A DNA stretch of 64,000 nt from Flavobacteriales bacterium (lineage in GTDB: Bacteria > Bacteroidota > Bacteroidia > Flavobacteriales_F > PHOS-HE28). The notes under the pieces were generated by a model. The model was not told the DNA's origin. It was given only the letters and a program-made list of their open reading frames with translations, and made no database searches. Position 1 is the stretch's first letter. Each line of letters starts with the position of its first letter. Below are positions 30,333-39,972 of the stretch, one piece after another. A program made the position numbers and the translations under genes. The stretch is from positions 19,582-83,581 of the forward strand of contig JBGTES010000090.1 of the NCBI GenBank assembly GCA_041747675.1. The letters run 5' to 3'.

Positions 30333-33300
30333 CTACTCTTTGGCCACGCGTTCCACCGCGAGGGTCTCCCCACGATCATCGACCACCTTTAGCAGGTAGC
30401 TTCCAGCAGCCAGTTGTTGCATGGGGATCGTGACCGGTCCGGACCCTGTACCAAGGGCCTGGGTGATCACCGCCCGTCCCGAGGCGTCCAGCAGGATGAT
30501 GTGCGCCGCCGCGACCTGCAAGGTCCCCAGGTCCACGAAGAGCAGAGCGGAGGTGGGGTTCGGGAAGATGCGCAGGATACCATGCGTACATGGCTGGGCC
30601 GTGGCCATGGGCAGTTCGGCAGTGGTGCCGTCCAGGTCCACTTGCAGCAGGCGGTAGTAGATCGGGGCCGGCAACATGGGATCATCATCCCTGAATTCAT
30701 ATGCGATGATCTGGTGGCTGTGCCCGGCAGCCTGCACATCGCCAACCTTCGTCCAGGTGAAAGTATCGCTGCTGCGCTGTACCACGAAGTGGCTGCTGTT
30801 CTCTTCGCTGGCGGTGGACCACCGCAGCCGCATTTTGCCATTGTCGCAGGCGGCTTCGAAGTGGGTCAATTCCACTGGCAACGGCACATTGTTATGTGTT
30901 CCGGAACCGTCAAGGTAACCCGGCATATAGCGCCATGGACCATATACCTGGCCGGTGATGGCGGTGACAGGATCGTACCGGACACGGGCGCGCACTTTGG
31001 TGGCGGTAATGCCTGCACCGCCTACGGGCTTGTCCACAAGCGCCTTCAGTTCAACGCCGGACACGGCACCGGCCACGAGCGCAGATTGTTGTGATGTGAA
31101 AGCAGTGCTGTTGTTGATCGAGTTGTTGCTTCCCGTGCTGAAGGCCTGTCCCTGGATGCGTGACTCCCACACCATGCGGGTTCTTGTCCGGCCCAGGAAG
31201 GGGCGGGTGAACAGACCGGCGCCGAATTGCGGTTCGGGTATGTTGCTGGCCTTGATCGGTGTGACCAGATCCGTTTCGTAGAGGCGCAAGTTCGCACGCG
31301 CCCATGAGATGCTTCCGTTTCCATTAAAGATGTGAATGCGCTGGTTCAAGGGTATTCCCGATATCACATCACTACAACCATCGCCATTGATATCTCCAGC
31401 GGAATCCACGAACTCGCCACCTTGAAATTGCAATTGATGGGTCCCAGAAAGTCCTGTAGGTCCGCCCAGGTATAAAAATGCCCCAAAGAAAGATCCGATC
31501 GCCACGTCACTGTACCCATCACAATTCACGTCACCAGCTCCGGCGACCGAGGCTCCGAAAAAGGACGCCCCATTTAGAATGGTGAGATCAGGGAGCACAC
31601 TGATCCCTGTTGAGGAACCGTAGTGAATGTTGGCCAGGTAGCCAAATGAAGCGATCACCACGTCATCATACCCATCGCCATTCAGATCACCAGCCCCACA
31701 AAGTGTCGCGCCGAATCCCGGAACTGATCCATGTGTCTGGTATGCAGGGTCGCCATTGATGATCACACTTGGGGTGGGTGACAAGCCGGCCGGTCCCCCC
31801 AGGTACAGGTAAACATGTCCATCGTATTGCGGCGCGGAGGATGCTGCAACCAGTACATCGCTGTATCCATCGCCGTTCACATCACCGGCACCGGCTACGC
31901 CTTGTCCATAGTTCGAGCCAGGGATATGCGGGGAATCGTAAGGGGCGCTGGTCCACGCCGGTGTCGCGCCCAGCCCTGATGGACCGCCGAGGAACAAATA
32001 TGCAATGCCCGCAGCTCCATTGTGGATGCGCGCTCCTATGACAACGTCACTGTAACCGTCCGCATTGACATCGCCTGCACTGGCCACACTGATGTCGCTG
32101 TTCTGTAGGCCAGTACTGAAGGTCCAGCTTGGCGTTGTAGCTGGTCCGGTCGCTGAACCATGAAAGACTTCGACCTCGTGCGGGCTGTTACGCCCAATGA
32201 TGATGTCACTGAAGCCGTCACCATTCACATCCCCAGCCCCTGTCACGCAGTTCCCATATCCACCGGGAAGTGTTCTTGTCCACAACGGGGTGGCCAGTAA
32301 GCCGGTGGGTGACCCACTGTAGAGCCGCACCGTACCCCCGACGCTCATGCCAGCTATGACGTCACCATAGCCATCCCCATTGACATCACCCGCGCCCTTA
32401 GCTGACCATCCGAAATCCCCTGGCCCCGGATAGCTGTAGACAGACACCGCCAATGGCATCGCCGCAGAACCAAGGAAGAGCCTGGCGCGACCTTCGTTGT
32501 TCTGGCCATTGTCCCACTGCGGCACCCCCACCAGCACGTCGCTGAAACCATCGCCATTCACATCCCCGGCACTTGCGACGGCGGCGCCATTTCGAGCTCC
32601 TGCCTGGTTCAGTTCGTTCTGCCATTCCAAGGTCAATGCGGCGGTCGCATTCCCAAAGAAGGTGTAAGCTTTCCCTTCCTGCGCTTGTCCATTCGTATGC
32701 TCCGGAGCACCGACCACCAGGTCGCTGTATCCATCGCCATTCACATCGCCTGCACATGCAAGAGCTTTCCCGAGTTGTGCCTGGGCCGTCGGGCTGTCAT
32801 AGGTCCACGCTGCCGCTGCCGCGACTCCTCCCGCTGAGCCGAGATGCACGATCACCCGCCCATCGTTGGCCAGCGTGCTCGCATAGAACGGAATACCGAT
32901 AGCGACATCGGAATATCCATCGTTGTTCACATCCCCTGCGCTGGAGACCGCCCAGCCCGTCTGGGAGGACGCCTGGTTGCTCTCCATGGTCCGTGCGGCG
33001 GTCAAGGCAAGGCCGGTCGCGCTACCGTGGTAGACGAAGGCGCGGCCCTCGTTGGTCTGGCCATTGTCGAAGAGTGGTGCACCCACGATCAGGTCCGAGT
33101 AGCCATCACCGTTCACATCTCCTGCACTGGCCACACTGAAACCGTAGCGCGCAGCCGTCTGGTTGCCTTCCCCGATCCAGTCGGGAGTGGCGGACAGGCC
33201 CGTGGCGCTACCATGGTAAACGAACACGGCACCCTCGTTGACCTGGCCATTGGAATACTGGTAAGCGCCAACCACCACATCGCTGTATCCGTCACCGTTC

Positions 33301-34463
33301 ACATCGCCCGCACAGTTCACCGAATAGCCGAACAGGGCATATGCCTGGTCGATCTCAGCGGTCCAGTCCGGCGTTGCCGATAGGCCGGTGGCGCTGCCAT
33401 AGAATACGAATACACGCCCTTCGTCCGTCTGGCCATTATCGTAGTATGGGGCACCAACAATGATGTCACTGTAACCGTCGCCGTTCACATCGCCAGCGGT
33501 GGCCACGCTTGTGCCGATCCCGAGGTTCGCTCCCACCTGGTCCGTTTCGAAGGACCAGCTGATGGTGGGCGAAGGACCTGTGGCACTGCCAAAGTGGACC
33601 TGTGCGCGCCCTTCACCCACCTGGCCGTTGCTCCATACGGGTGTGCCTATGATCACGTCGCTGTAGCCGTCGCCGTTCACATCCCCCGCGCTCGCAAGGC
33701 TGGTGCCCATCTGGGCATTGGCCATATTGCTCTCGATGGCCCAAATGGTCGTATTGGCCAAGGGATCCACTACAATGGGATAATTGGCGTCATCGTCCTC
33801 CACTACAAGTACGACCAACCCCTCTTCCATGAATGCACTGGCGACAAGCGTGTCCCCATCCGCATCCCATACATGCAGATCGGAATAGGTAAGGTGCGCG
33901 ATACCCGCGGCATCCACGAACTGGAAGTGGTCATCCGCTACGTGTTCGCAGGTCAGGTTCCCGCCAGGCTGCAACTCCACACGCAGTGGTCCCTTGCCGG
34001 GCGGACGTTCGTGTACGATGAAATTCTGGCGAAGACCCTGAGGCAGGTCCACATGTTCCACATCGAAAGTGCCATGCCTGGCTATGGTACCGTGATCGAA
34101 GTGATCGATCCGGGCACTGTCCACGGGTGTGAATCCTTCCACGTCCTTTCCTATGCGCACCACATGGAGCGATGCGATCCAGGAACGGGTCACCTCTTGT
34201 GCGCCGATGCTGAAACCCGATGGGCTTATCTGGGGCGTGAAACCGAACGCCGACCTGGTGGGTGGTCGCCGATCATCTGGTCCTGCTTCCGGGATCCGGG
34301 GGGTGGGCATACCCGGCAAATACGAGGGACTTGTTTTGTCACTGAACGATGTTGGAGTAGGCCTCAGGACCGGGTGATCCTCCGACCCTTGATCTAAGAT
34401 CAGGGAAAGCGTAGCCAGCCCCAGAAGCACCATTGAACGATGGATGGCGTGTATCTGTACCAT
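30333..34463 (-). CDS. FG-GAP/VCBS-repeat protein (about 14 integrin-alpha-type repeats) with T9SS C-terminal domain
   Basis: Repeats of AGDVNGDGYSDV.. at about 55-aa periodicity. Signal peptide MVQIHAIHRSMVLLGLATLSLIL. C-terminal tail LRIFPNPTSALLFVDLG...LLDASGRAV...GSYLLKVVDDRG. Confidence 0.8.
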   Translation of the reverse strand: MVQIHAIHRSMVLLGLATLSLILDQGSEDHPVLRPTPTSFSDKTSPSYLPGMPTPRIPEAGPDDRRPPTRSAFGFTPQISPSGFSIGAQEVTRSWIASLHVVRIGKDVEGFTPVDSARIDHFDHGTIARHGTFDVEHVDLPQGLRQNFIVHERPPGKGPLRVELQPGGNLTCEHVADDHFQFVDAAGIAHLTYSDLHVWDADGDTLVASAFMEEGLVVLVVEDDDANYPIVVDPLANTTIWAIESNMANAQMGTSLASAGDVNGDGYSDVIIGTPVWSNGQVGEGRAQVHFGSATGPSPTISWSFETDQVGANLGIGTSVATAGDVNGDGYSDIIVGAPYYDNGQTDEGRVFVFYGSATGLSATPDWTAEIDQAYALFGYSVNCAGDVNGDGYSDVVVGAYQYSNGQVNEGAVFVYHGSATGLSATPDWIGEGNQTAARYGFSVASAGDVNGDGYSDLIVGAPLFDNGQTNEGRAFVYHGSATGLALTAARTMESNQASSQTGWAVSSAGDVNNDGYSDVAIGIPFYASTLANDGRVIVHLGSAGGVAAAAAWTYDSPTAQAQLGKALACAGDVNGDGYSDLVVGAPEHTNGQAQEGKAYTFFGNATAALTLEWQNELNQAGARNGAAVASAGDVNGDGFSDVLVGVPQWDNGQNNEGRARLFLGSAAMPLAVSVYSYPGPGDFGWSAKGAGDVNGDGYGDVIAGMSVGGTVRLYSGSPTGLLATPLWTRTLPGGYGNCVTGAGDVNGDGFSDIIIGRNSPHEVEVFHGSATGPATTPSWTFSTGLQNSDISVASAGDVNADGYSDVVIGARIHNGAAGIAYLFLGGPSGLGATPAWTSAPYDSPHIPGSNYGQGVAGAGDVNGDGYSDVLVAASSAPQYDGHVYLYLGGPAGLSPTPSVIINGDPAYQTHGSVPGFGATLCGAGDLNGDGYDDVVIASFGYLANIHYGSSTGISVLPDLTILNGASFFGASVAGAGDVNCDGYSDVAIGSFFGAFLYLGGPTGLSGTHQLQFQGGEFVDSAGDINGDGCSDVISGIPLNQRIHIFNGNGSISWARANLRLYETDLVTPIKASNIPEPQFGAGLFTRPFLGRTRTRMVWESRIQGQAFSTGSNNSINNSTAFTSQQSALVAGAVSGVELKALVDKPVGGAGITATKVRARVRYDPVTAITGQVYGPWRYMPGYLDGSGTHNNVPLPVELTHFEAACDNGKMRLRWSTASEENSSHFVVQRSSDTFTWTKVGDVQAAGHSHQIIAYEFRDDDPMLPAPIYYRLLQVDLDGTTAELPMATAQPCTHGILRIFPNPTSALLFVDLGTLQVAAAHIILLDASGRAVITQALGTGSGPVTIPMQQLAAGSYLLKVVDDRGETLAVERVAKE

Positions 34464-34585
34464 TGTATAGAATGCATGTCCCTCGCGAACAACACCGTTG
34501 AACGAGCGGAATTCATGCGAATGAAGCGAGGGTGCCGATGGGATTCCAAGTAAGAACCCGACATCCACCCATATAACTTTCGTTA

Positions 34586-35443
34586 TCAGTGCCCCAAATT
34601 CAGATCCACCATAGGGCGGATGAGCGAAACGAAACGTTTCGGGGTCTTGCCCAGGAAATAAGAGAGGTCCTTCAACATGTGACTCTCGTCAAAATAGCCA
34701 CAGGAAAGGGCAACATCCAGATCAAGTTTACCAGTGCGTTTCATTTCGCTGTACACGTGGTTGAAGCGTACCACCGAACAGAAGGCCTTGGGCGAAAGGC
34801 CGATCTCCTCCTTGAACCGACGTTGGAGCTGGCGTTCGGAAAGGCCTGCCAACTCGGCCAACTCGTTCACCAGCACCATGCATTTTCTTTCGCGGATGTA
34901 ATGCTCCAGGCGCGCAACAGAAGATGGCGGATCGGGCGCCTTCCTGTTGACCAGGTCGATCAGGAAGATTTTGACGACATCGATCGACGACTGTGCATCG
35001 ATCGTCGCGCGAACATTCGCATAGAGCGTGGCTGCAGCCGTGCCCAGCACCTGTTCTGGTGGTACCATCATCCCATTGAACCGGTCCATTGGACCACCGA
35101 AAAGCCGGTGGAATGCGCTTGGATAGAAGTTGACCATCAGGCAGCGTACGGGTCCATTGCTCGTAGCAACAATGCCTTTGCGTGGCGGTACATGGCCTGC
35201 GATCCCATCATGCCAATCCATGGGTTCGCCTTGGCCATCGAAGTAGTGTGGCTCACCTTCCGGGATCAATGCCAGCTTGATGTAGCTGTCCGGTGCCAGC
35301 TGCTCGGGTGGCAGCGGAGCCAGGAAGTGCATATGCGCCATGCGCTGCACGATGCCGAACAAGGGATCATTGACCGCGGGGATGTACTCGCCGTAGTTGG
35401 CGAGCATGGGTAGCCCTTCAGTCAGGCGTTCGGTGTCGGACAT
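34586..35443 (-). CDS. AraC-family transcriptional regulator
   Basis: C-terminal AraC HTH LAGLSERQLQRRFKEEIGLSPKAFCSVVRFNHV...GYFDESHMLKDLSYFLGKTPKRF. Confidence 0.75.
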   Translation of the reverse strand: MSDTERLTEGLPMLANYGEYIPAVNDPLFGIVQRMAHMHFLAPLPPEQLAPDSYIKLALIPEGEPHYFDGQGEPMDWHDGIAGHVPPRKGIVATSNGPVRCLMVNFYPSAFHRLFGGPMDRFNGMMVPPEQVLGTAAATLYANVRATIDAQSSIDVVKIFLIDLVNRKAPDPPSSVARLEHYIRERKCMVLVNELAELAGLSERQLQRRFKEEIGLSPKAFCSVVRFNHVYSEMKRTGKLDLDVALSCGYFDESHMLKDLSYFLGKTPKRFVSLIRPMVDLNLGH

Positions 35444-35765
35444 CAGATTGGCCGGTCAATGGTCTAGATACATTGTGCTCCACCATTGGTTTCGTTCCAA
35501 TGTAGATCCTGAAGCACTATGGCGGTGGTAGTCATGGCCGATCTGGGTGAGCAATCAAGCATGGCCAAGGCAGGGAAACAAGTAAAAAGGCGACATGTGG
35601 AATGAGGAGTGCCACAGGCTTGCAGGGTAAGTGGCCCCTACCCATCTATTGCGGATGTGTCTGTCCCGGGACCGCGACCTCAGGGTGTTGGGTCATGGAG
35701 GGTCATTTGACCCAACACAGCCAGGCCAAGGCCACTGGGTGCCAATGGAATTGTGATAAACGGCG

Positions 35766-35818
35766 GAAACAATATGATGTGCGGAACGTTTCCGGTGTGT
35801 ATTCGTTCCCTACATTTG
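35766..35818 (+). promoter_or_regulatory. putative TetR operator (GGAAAC-N15-GTTTCC / GGAACGTTTCC palindrome) plus Bacteroidota-type -7 element TAcaTTTG
   Basis: Inverted repeat at 35766-35792. TACATTTG at about 35811-35818 lies 8 nt before the TetR ATG, suggesting a leaderless or short-leader transcript. Confidence 0.3.
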
Positions 35819-35825
35819 CCGCGCA

Positions 35826-36476
35826 ATGCAGGATCAGGACCGCGAACGACACATACTCGCCGAGGCCGGCAAGGTCTTCATGCGCCTCGGTATCCGCAGC
35901 GTGAACATGGACGATATCGCCCAGCACCTGCGCATCAGCAAGAAGACGCTCTACCAGTATGTGAAGGACAAGAATGAGCTGGTGCTGCGCACGGTAAGGC
36001 AGATCGGGGATCATCACCGGGAGTGCATCCTGGGGATCTGTACCCATGGCCACAATGCCATCGACGAAAGCTTCGAGATCACCCGCTGGGTCGCTTCGCA
36101 GGTGGGCCAGATACATCCTTCGGTACACTTCGACCTGCAGAAGTATCACCCCGAGGCCTGGGACCTTCTGGAAAGCACCGAGCGTGCGGATATCTACCGC
36201 TGCATCTCCGGGAATCTGAAAAAGGGGATCGCTGAAGGGCTGTATCGCGAGGACCTCGACATCGAGATCATCGCACGCATCTACATCTCGCGTTTCGATG
36301 TCACCTTCGATGGCAAGCTCTTCCCGGCCGATCAGTACCGTTTCGAGGACGTGATCTGGGAGTTGTTCCGCTACCACATCCGCGGTATCGCCAGCGACAA
36401 GGGGCGCAAATACCTGATCAAGAAAGTGCTGAAGGAACGTAACACCACGCCGGTCACCGCGGCGACCCGCAAATGA
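35826..36476 (+). CDS. TetR/AcrR-family transcriptional repressor
   Basis: N-terminal HTH ILAEAGKVFMRLGIRSVNMDDIAQHLRISKKTLYQYVKDK. Confidence 0.8.
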   Translation: MQDQDRERHILAEAGKVFMRLGIRSVNMDDIAQHLRISKKTLYQYVKDKNELVLRTVRQIGDHHRECILGICTHGHNAIDESFEITRWVASQVGQIHPSVHFDLQKYHPEAWDLLESTERADIYRCISGNLKKGIAEGLYREDLDIEIIARIYISRFDVTFDGKLFPADQYRFEDVIWELFRYHIRGIASDKGRKYLIKKVLKERNTTPVTAATRK

Positions 36477-37807
36477 ACATGCGTACACTGCTTATCTCCG
36501 GCCTGTGGGCCTTTGCCGCGTTGCCGGTGCTGGCCCAGGGGCCCGTAAGCCTGAGCCTGCAGCAGGCCGTGGACCTGGCCGCCGAGCAGAGTTACCAGGT
36601 GCGGAACAGCGCGTTGGAGGCCGAGAAGGCGCGCAAGCGGATCACCGAATTCATGGCCATCGGCCTGCCGCAGGTCACCGCATCGGGCGGGTTGATGAAC
36701 TACATCGATGTGCCCACCCAGGTGGTGCCCAACTTCTTCGGCCCGGGCCCGGAAGTAGTGGCCGTGCAGTTCGGCCTGCCCTGGAGTGCCAACGGTGGTG
36801 TGCGACTGGACCAGCTGATCTTCGATGGCAGCTACCTCGTGGGCCTGCAGGCCGTCAAGGAGGCGCGCACAATGGCCGATGAGGAGCTGGAGCGCAGTGT
36901 CAAGGACGCACGCATCCAGGCCGCCAAAGCCTACTTCGCCGTACTTGCGGCCGACGAGGGCACGCGCCTGCTGGGCGAGACCGTACCTGTGCTGGAGAAG
37001 AGCCTGCGCGACAGCGAGGTGATGTGGGAGAACGGCTTCATGGAGGAGACCGACGTGGACCGTATCCGCATCGAGATGGCCAACGTGCGCGACCAGCTGC
37101 TGGTCTTCCAACGGCAGGGCGAACTGGCCCGCAACTTCCTCCGCTTCGTGCTGGGCATGAACATGGGCACGCCGTTGGAGCTGACCGATGATCTGGACAA
37201 GTTGATCCTGGACCCTGCGGAGATGGCCCTCGCCGGGGAGCCCTTCGACCGCGCGCGCCACATCGACCAGCGCATCGCCGAGACCAACATCCGCGCCGGC
37301 ATGATGCAACTGAAGAACGCGCGGGTCGCCTACCTGCCCAGCCTGAGCGGCTACTTCAGCCATCAGCAACAGTGGAACGCCAACACCTTCGAACCGATCG
37401 CAGGTCCCATCCCCTGGTTCCCGGCCACACTGTGGGGCGTGCAGCTCAACGTGCCGATATTCAGCAGTGGCATGCGCGGCAGCAGGGTGGCACAGATGAA
37501 GCTGCTGGTGGAACAGGCCGAGGTGAACCGCGACCTCACCAGCCAGCGCCTGGAACTGGAGTATGCGCAGCGCCGCAACGATGTGCTCACCGCGGAGGAA
37601 CTCTTCCGCAATGAGCGCGACCGCATGGACCTGACGCGCCGTGTCTTCGACCGCACCAGCCTGAAATTCACCGAAGGCATGGCCTCCAGCTTCGAGCTCA
37701 GCCAGGAACAGAACCAGTACATCACTGCGCAGCAGAGCTACATCCAGCGCGTGGTGGACCTGGTGAACGCCAGGGCAGAGCTACGTCGGGCACTCGATCG
37801 TTTCTAA
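36473..37807 (+). CDS. TolC-family outer-membrane efflux protein
   Basis: Signal peptide, then LSLQQAVDLAAEQSYQVR... with two repeat halves. ATGA overlap with the TetR stop. Confidence 0.8.
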   Translation: MNMRTLLISGLWAFAALPVLAQGPVSLSLQQAVDLAAEQSYQVRNSALEAEKARKRITEFMAIGLPQVTASGGLMNYIDVPTQVVPNFFGPGPEVVAVQFGLPWSANGGVRLDQLIFDGSYLVGLQAVKEARTMADEELERSVKDARIQAAKAYFAVLAADEGTRLLGETVPVLEKSLRDSEVMWENGFMEETDVDRIRIEMANVRDQLLVFQRQGELARNFLRFVLGMNMGTPLELTDDLDKLILDPAEMALAGEPFDRARHIDQRIAETNIRAGMMQLKNARVAYLPSLSGYFSHQQQWNANTFEPIAGPIPWFPATLWGVQLNVPIFSSGMRGSRVAQMKLLVEQAEVNRDLTSQRLELEYAQRRNDVLTAEELFRNERDRMDLTRRVFDRTSLKFTEGMASSFELSQEQNQYITAQQSYIQRVVDLVNARAELRRALDRF

Positions 37808-38009
37808 GCCATGAAGACACAACGCAGAGACGCGGAGGCCTGCCTGCCTGCCGGCAGGCGCCAGGGACGCAGAGCAGTGCAGCTGGCATGTGGCATGGCA
37901 GAGACGCGGACAGACTGCCTGGCGGCAGCGAGTGCGGAGAGGTACAACAGAGGGTCCAACAGGACCGAAGACGATCACGAACATGGTCAATGACCGCACC
38001 GGAGTTCAC

Positions 38010-39164
38010 ATGAAACATTTCCTCCTTACCATCCTGATCATCGCCGTGCTGTCCGGCTGCGGCGAAAGTGCCGATATCGATGCGCAGGTACAGTTGAAGC
38101 GCACCGAGCGTGATTCGCTGAAGACCGAGCGCGAGAAGCTCAACGCCGCCATCACCGAGGTGGAGGCCTGGCTCGCCAAGAACGACCCCGATCAACAGCG
38201 CACCCTGCCCATGGTCACCACCTATGAATTGCAGCCGCAGGACTTCGCGCATTGGACCGAAGCGCATGGAAGTGTGCGCGCCGACCAGAATGCAATGGTC
38301 TATACCAGCACCGGAGGCGAAGTGCGCCGCATCCTGGTGCAGCAGGGCCAGACCGTACGAAAGGACCAGGCGATCGTTGACATCAATACCGACGCCTTGC
38401 GCCAGCAGATCCAGCAAGCCGAGTCGAATGTGGAGCTCGCCCGCACCGTGTTCGAGCGCCAGGCAAAACTCTGGGAGCAGAAGGTGGGCAGTGAAGTGCA
38501 GTTCCTGGAGGCCAGGAGCCGCAAGGAAGCCGGTGAGGCCCAGCTACAAGCCCTCAAGGACCAACTGCGCAGTGCCCAGGTGATCGCCCCATTCGATGGC
38601 GTGGTGGACGAGATCTTCCCCAACCTGGGCGACATGGCCAATCCGATGCAGCCGGTGGCCCGTGTGGTGGCGTTGGGAAAAGCGAGCATTGAAGTAGACC
38701 TCGCGGAGGATCTGCTCACCAAGGTGAATATGGGCGATCCCGTGGTGGTCATCATTCCCGAATCCGCGGATACCATCTCGGCGACCATCGACCAGATCGG
38801 CCAGTACATCAACCCGAACAACCGCAGCTTCAAAGTGAGCCTGCGCATGGAGAACGGCACCAAACTGCGCCCCAACCAACTGGCCAATGTGCGGATCCGC
38901 GACCTGGATGTGAAGGACGCGCTGGTGGTGCCCAGCCGCTTGGTGATGGAGAACAGCGCAGGCGACAGCTATGTATATGTGCTGGAAGAACAGGACGGCA
39001 TCACACGCAGTCGCAAGGTGCCTGTGAAGGTACTGAGCACGCAGGGTGGCGAGCTGCTCATCGAGCGTGCGGAAGGCGGATTGAAAGGCGGCGAAATGCT
39101 GATCGACCAGGGATCGCGTCTGGTGGTGGACAAACAGGAGGTGCAGGTGTTAAGGGGTGCATGA
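38010..39164 (+). CDS. efflux RND transporter periplasmic adaptor (membrane fusion protein)
   Basis: Lipobox LSGCG, coiled-coil segment, and HlyD/biotin-lipoyl-like beta-barrel regions. The track ORF begins at a GTG at 37890; the ATG at 38010 gives a lipoprotein signal. Confidence 0.8.
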   Translation: MKHFLLTILIIAVLSGCGESADIDAQVQLKRTERDSLKTEREKLNAAITEVEAWLAKNDPDQQRTLPMVTTYELQPQDFAHWTEAHGSVRADQNAMVYTSTGGEVRRILVQQGQTVRKDQAIVDINTDALRQQIQQAESNVELARTVFERQAKLWEQKVGSEVQFLEARSRKEAGEAQLQALKDQLRSAQVIAPFDGVVDEIFPNLGDMANPMQPVARVVALGKASIEVDLAEDLLTKVNMGDPVVVIIPESADTISATIDQIGQYINPNNRSFKVSLRMENGTKLRPNQLANVRIRDLDVKDALVVPSRLVMENSAGDSYVYVLEEQDGITRSRKVPVKVLSTQGGELLIERAEGGLKGGEMLIDQGSRLVVDKQEVQVLRGA

Positions 39165-39169
39165 TGTGT

Positions 39170-39262
39170 ATGGAGGTTAGGAAGGGGAAGAAGGGAAAGG
39201 AGGTAAGGGAGGTAAGGGAGGTGAAGAAGGTGAAGAAGGTGAAGGAGGTGATGAAGGAGAAG
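39170..39262 (+). repeat. GA-rich degenerate tandem repeat (GGTAAGGGA / GGTGAAGAA units), left flank of the inserted gene
   Basis: ggaaggggaagaagggaaaggaggtaagggaggtaagggaggtgaagaaggtgaagaaggtgaaggaggtgatgaaggagaagg. Confidence 0.6.
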
Positions 39263-39378
39263 GCTTGACGATAGAGAATAAACAATTCATCAAAGCCATG
39301 AACACAACGAACGACCCGCTTCACAGGGACTGGAACATCGAGGGCTATTTCGAACCAGGTGGATCCGTCTCCGTGGTA

Positions 39379-39765
39379 ATGGAGCCGGATGGACGCACAG
39401 TATCTGGTTTCAAGGACCTGTGGGTGTGGAAGCAGGGAATGGTGCTGACCAGCAGGATCCATAAGCTTACCCGAAAGTACCCCAAGGACGAAATGTTCGG
39501 GCTTACCTCGCAGTTGCGTCGTGCCGCCGTTTCGGTACCATCGAATGTCGCAGAGGGTTGGGCGCGCAACCGCATCGGGTTCTTCCAGATGGGTCTGACC
39601 TACGCGCGCGGCTCCGTGGCCGAGATCGAAACCCAACTCTTGATCGCGGTCGACCAGGAGTACATCACCATGGAGGAAGCACAACCGGTCATTGACCTCC
39701 TGAATGGACTCAGCGCTGCTTCGCTCAAGTTTCTTGTCAAGTTGGACGTGAAAAAAGGGAAGTGA
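39379..39765 (+). CDS. four-helix-bundle protein (TIGR02436 / '23S rRNA intervening-sequence protein' family)
   Basis: DLWVWKQGMVLTSRIHKLTRKYPKDEMFGLTSQLRRAAVSVPSNVAEGWAR...GSVAEIETQLLIA is the family signature. The track ORF uses a TTG at 39265; ATG 39379 is the conservative start. GC is lower than the flanks. Confidence 0.7.
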   Translation: MEPDGRTVSGFKDLWVWKQGMVLTSRIHKLTRKYPKDEMFGLTSQLRRAAVSVPSNVAEGWARNRIGFFQMGLTYARGSVAEIETQLLIAVDQEYITMEEAQPVIDLLNGLSAASLKFLVKLDVKKGK

Positions 39766-39940
39766 TCGAGGAGGAGAAGGAAGAGAAGATGGTGAAGGAG
39801 GAGAAGGAGGTAAGGGAGGAGAAGAAGGTGAAGGCCATCACCGATCACCATGCACTCTAACACACGGCGCGCGACCAATTAACACCAGACCCCCTCGCTT
39901 CCCTTACCCCCCTCACCTTCCTTACCTCCCTCACTGATCC
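39766..39940 (+). repeat. right flank: second GA-rich repeat copy followed by its CT-rich inverted complement (hairpin-capable)
   Basis: ggtgaaggaggagaaggaggtaagggaggagaagaaggtgaagg ... cgcttcccttacccccctcaccttccttacctccctcac is imperfectly complementary to the GA-rich units on both sides of the gene. Confidence 0.6.
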
Positions 39941-39972
39941 CAATACCACCCAGACCGTTCTCCTCTCACACC

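Noticed and set aside
36371-37369. 332-aa minus-strand ORF inside the TolC gene, and similar antisense ORFs in the RND gene (39976-41265, 42037-43293), histidine kinase genes (59155-59817, 61706-63532) and the A2M gene (3284-4090, 4130-5170).
   Set aside because: All are antisense shadows typical of ~65% GC DNA. No domains, and they conflict with strongly supported sense-strand genes.
39058-39878. Minus-strand ORFs (208 aa and 92 aa) with FFTFFTSLTSLT / LLLLLHHLLFLLLL stretches.
   Set aside because: They are translations of the GA-rich repeats read on the opposite strand, not genes.
39170-39940. Possible CRISPR-like array, because of repeated GGTAAGGGA/GGTGAAGAA units.
   Set aside because: Units are 9-12 nt, purine-only, irregularly spaced with no unique spacers and no cas genes nearby. 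Better explained as simple GA-rich tandem or inverted repeats flanking an inserted gene.
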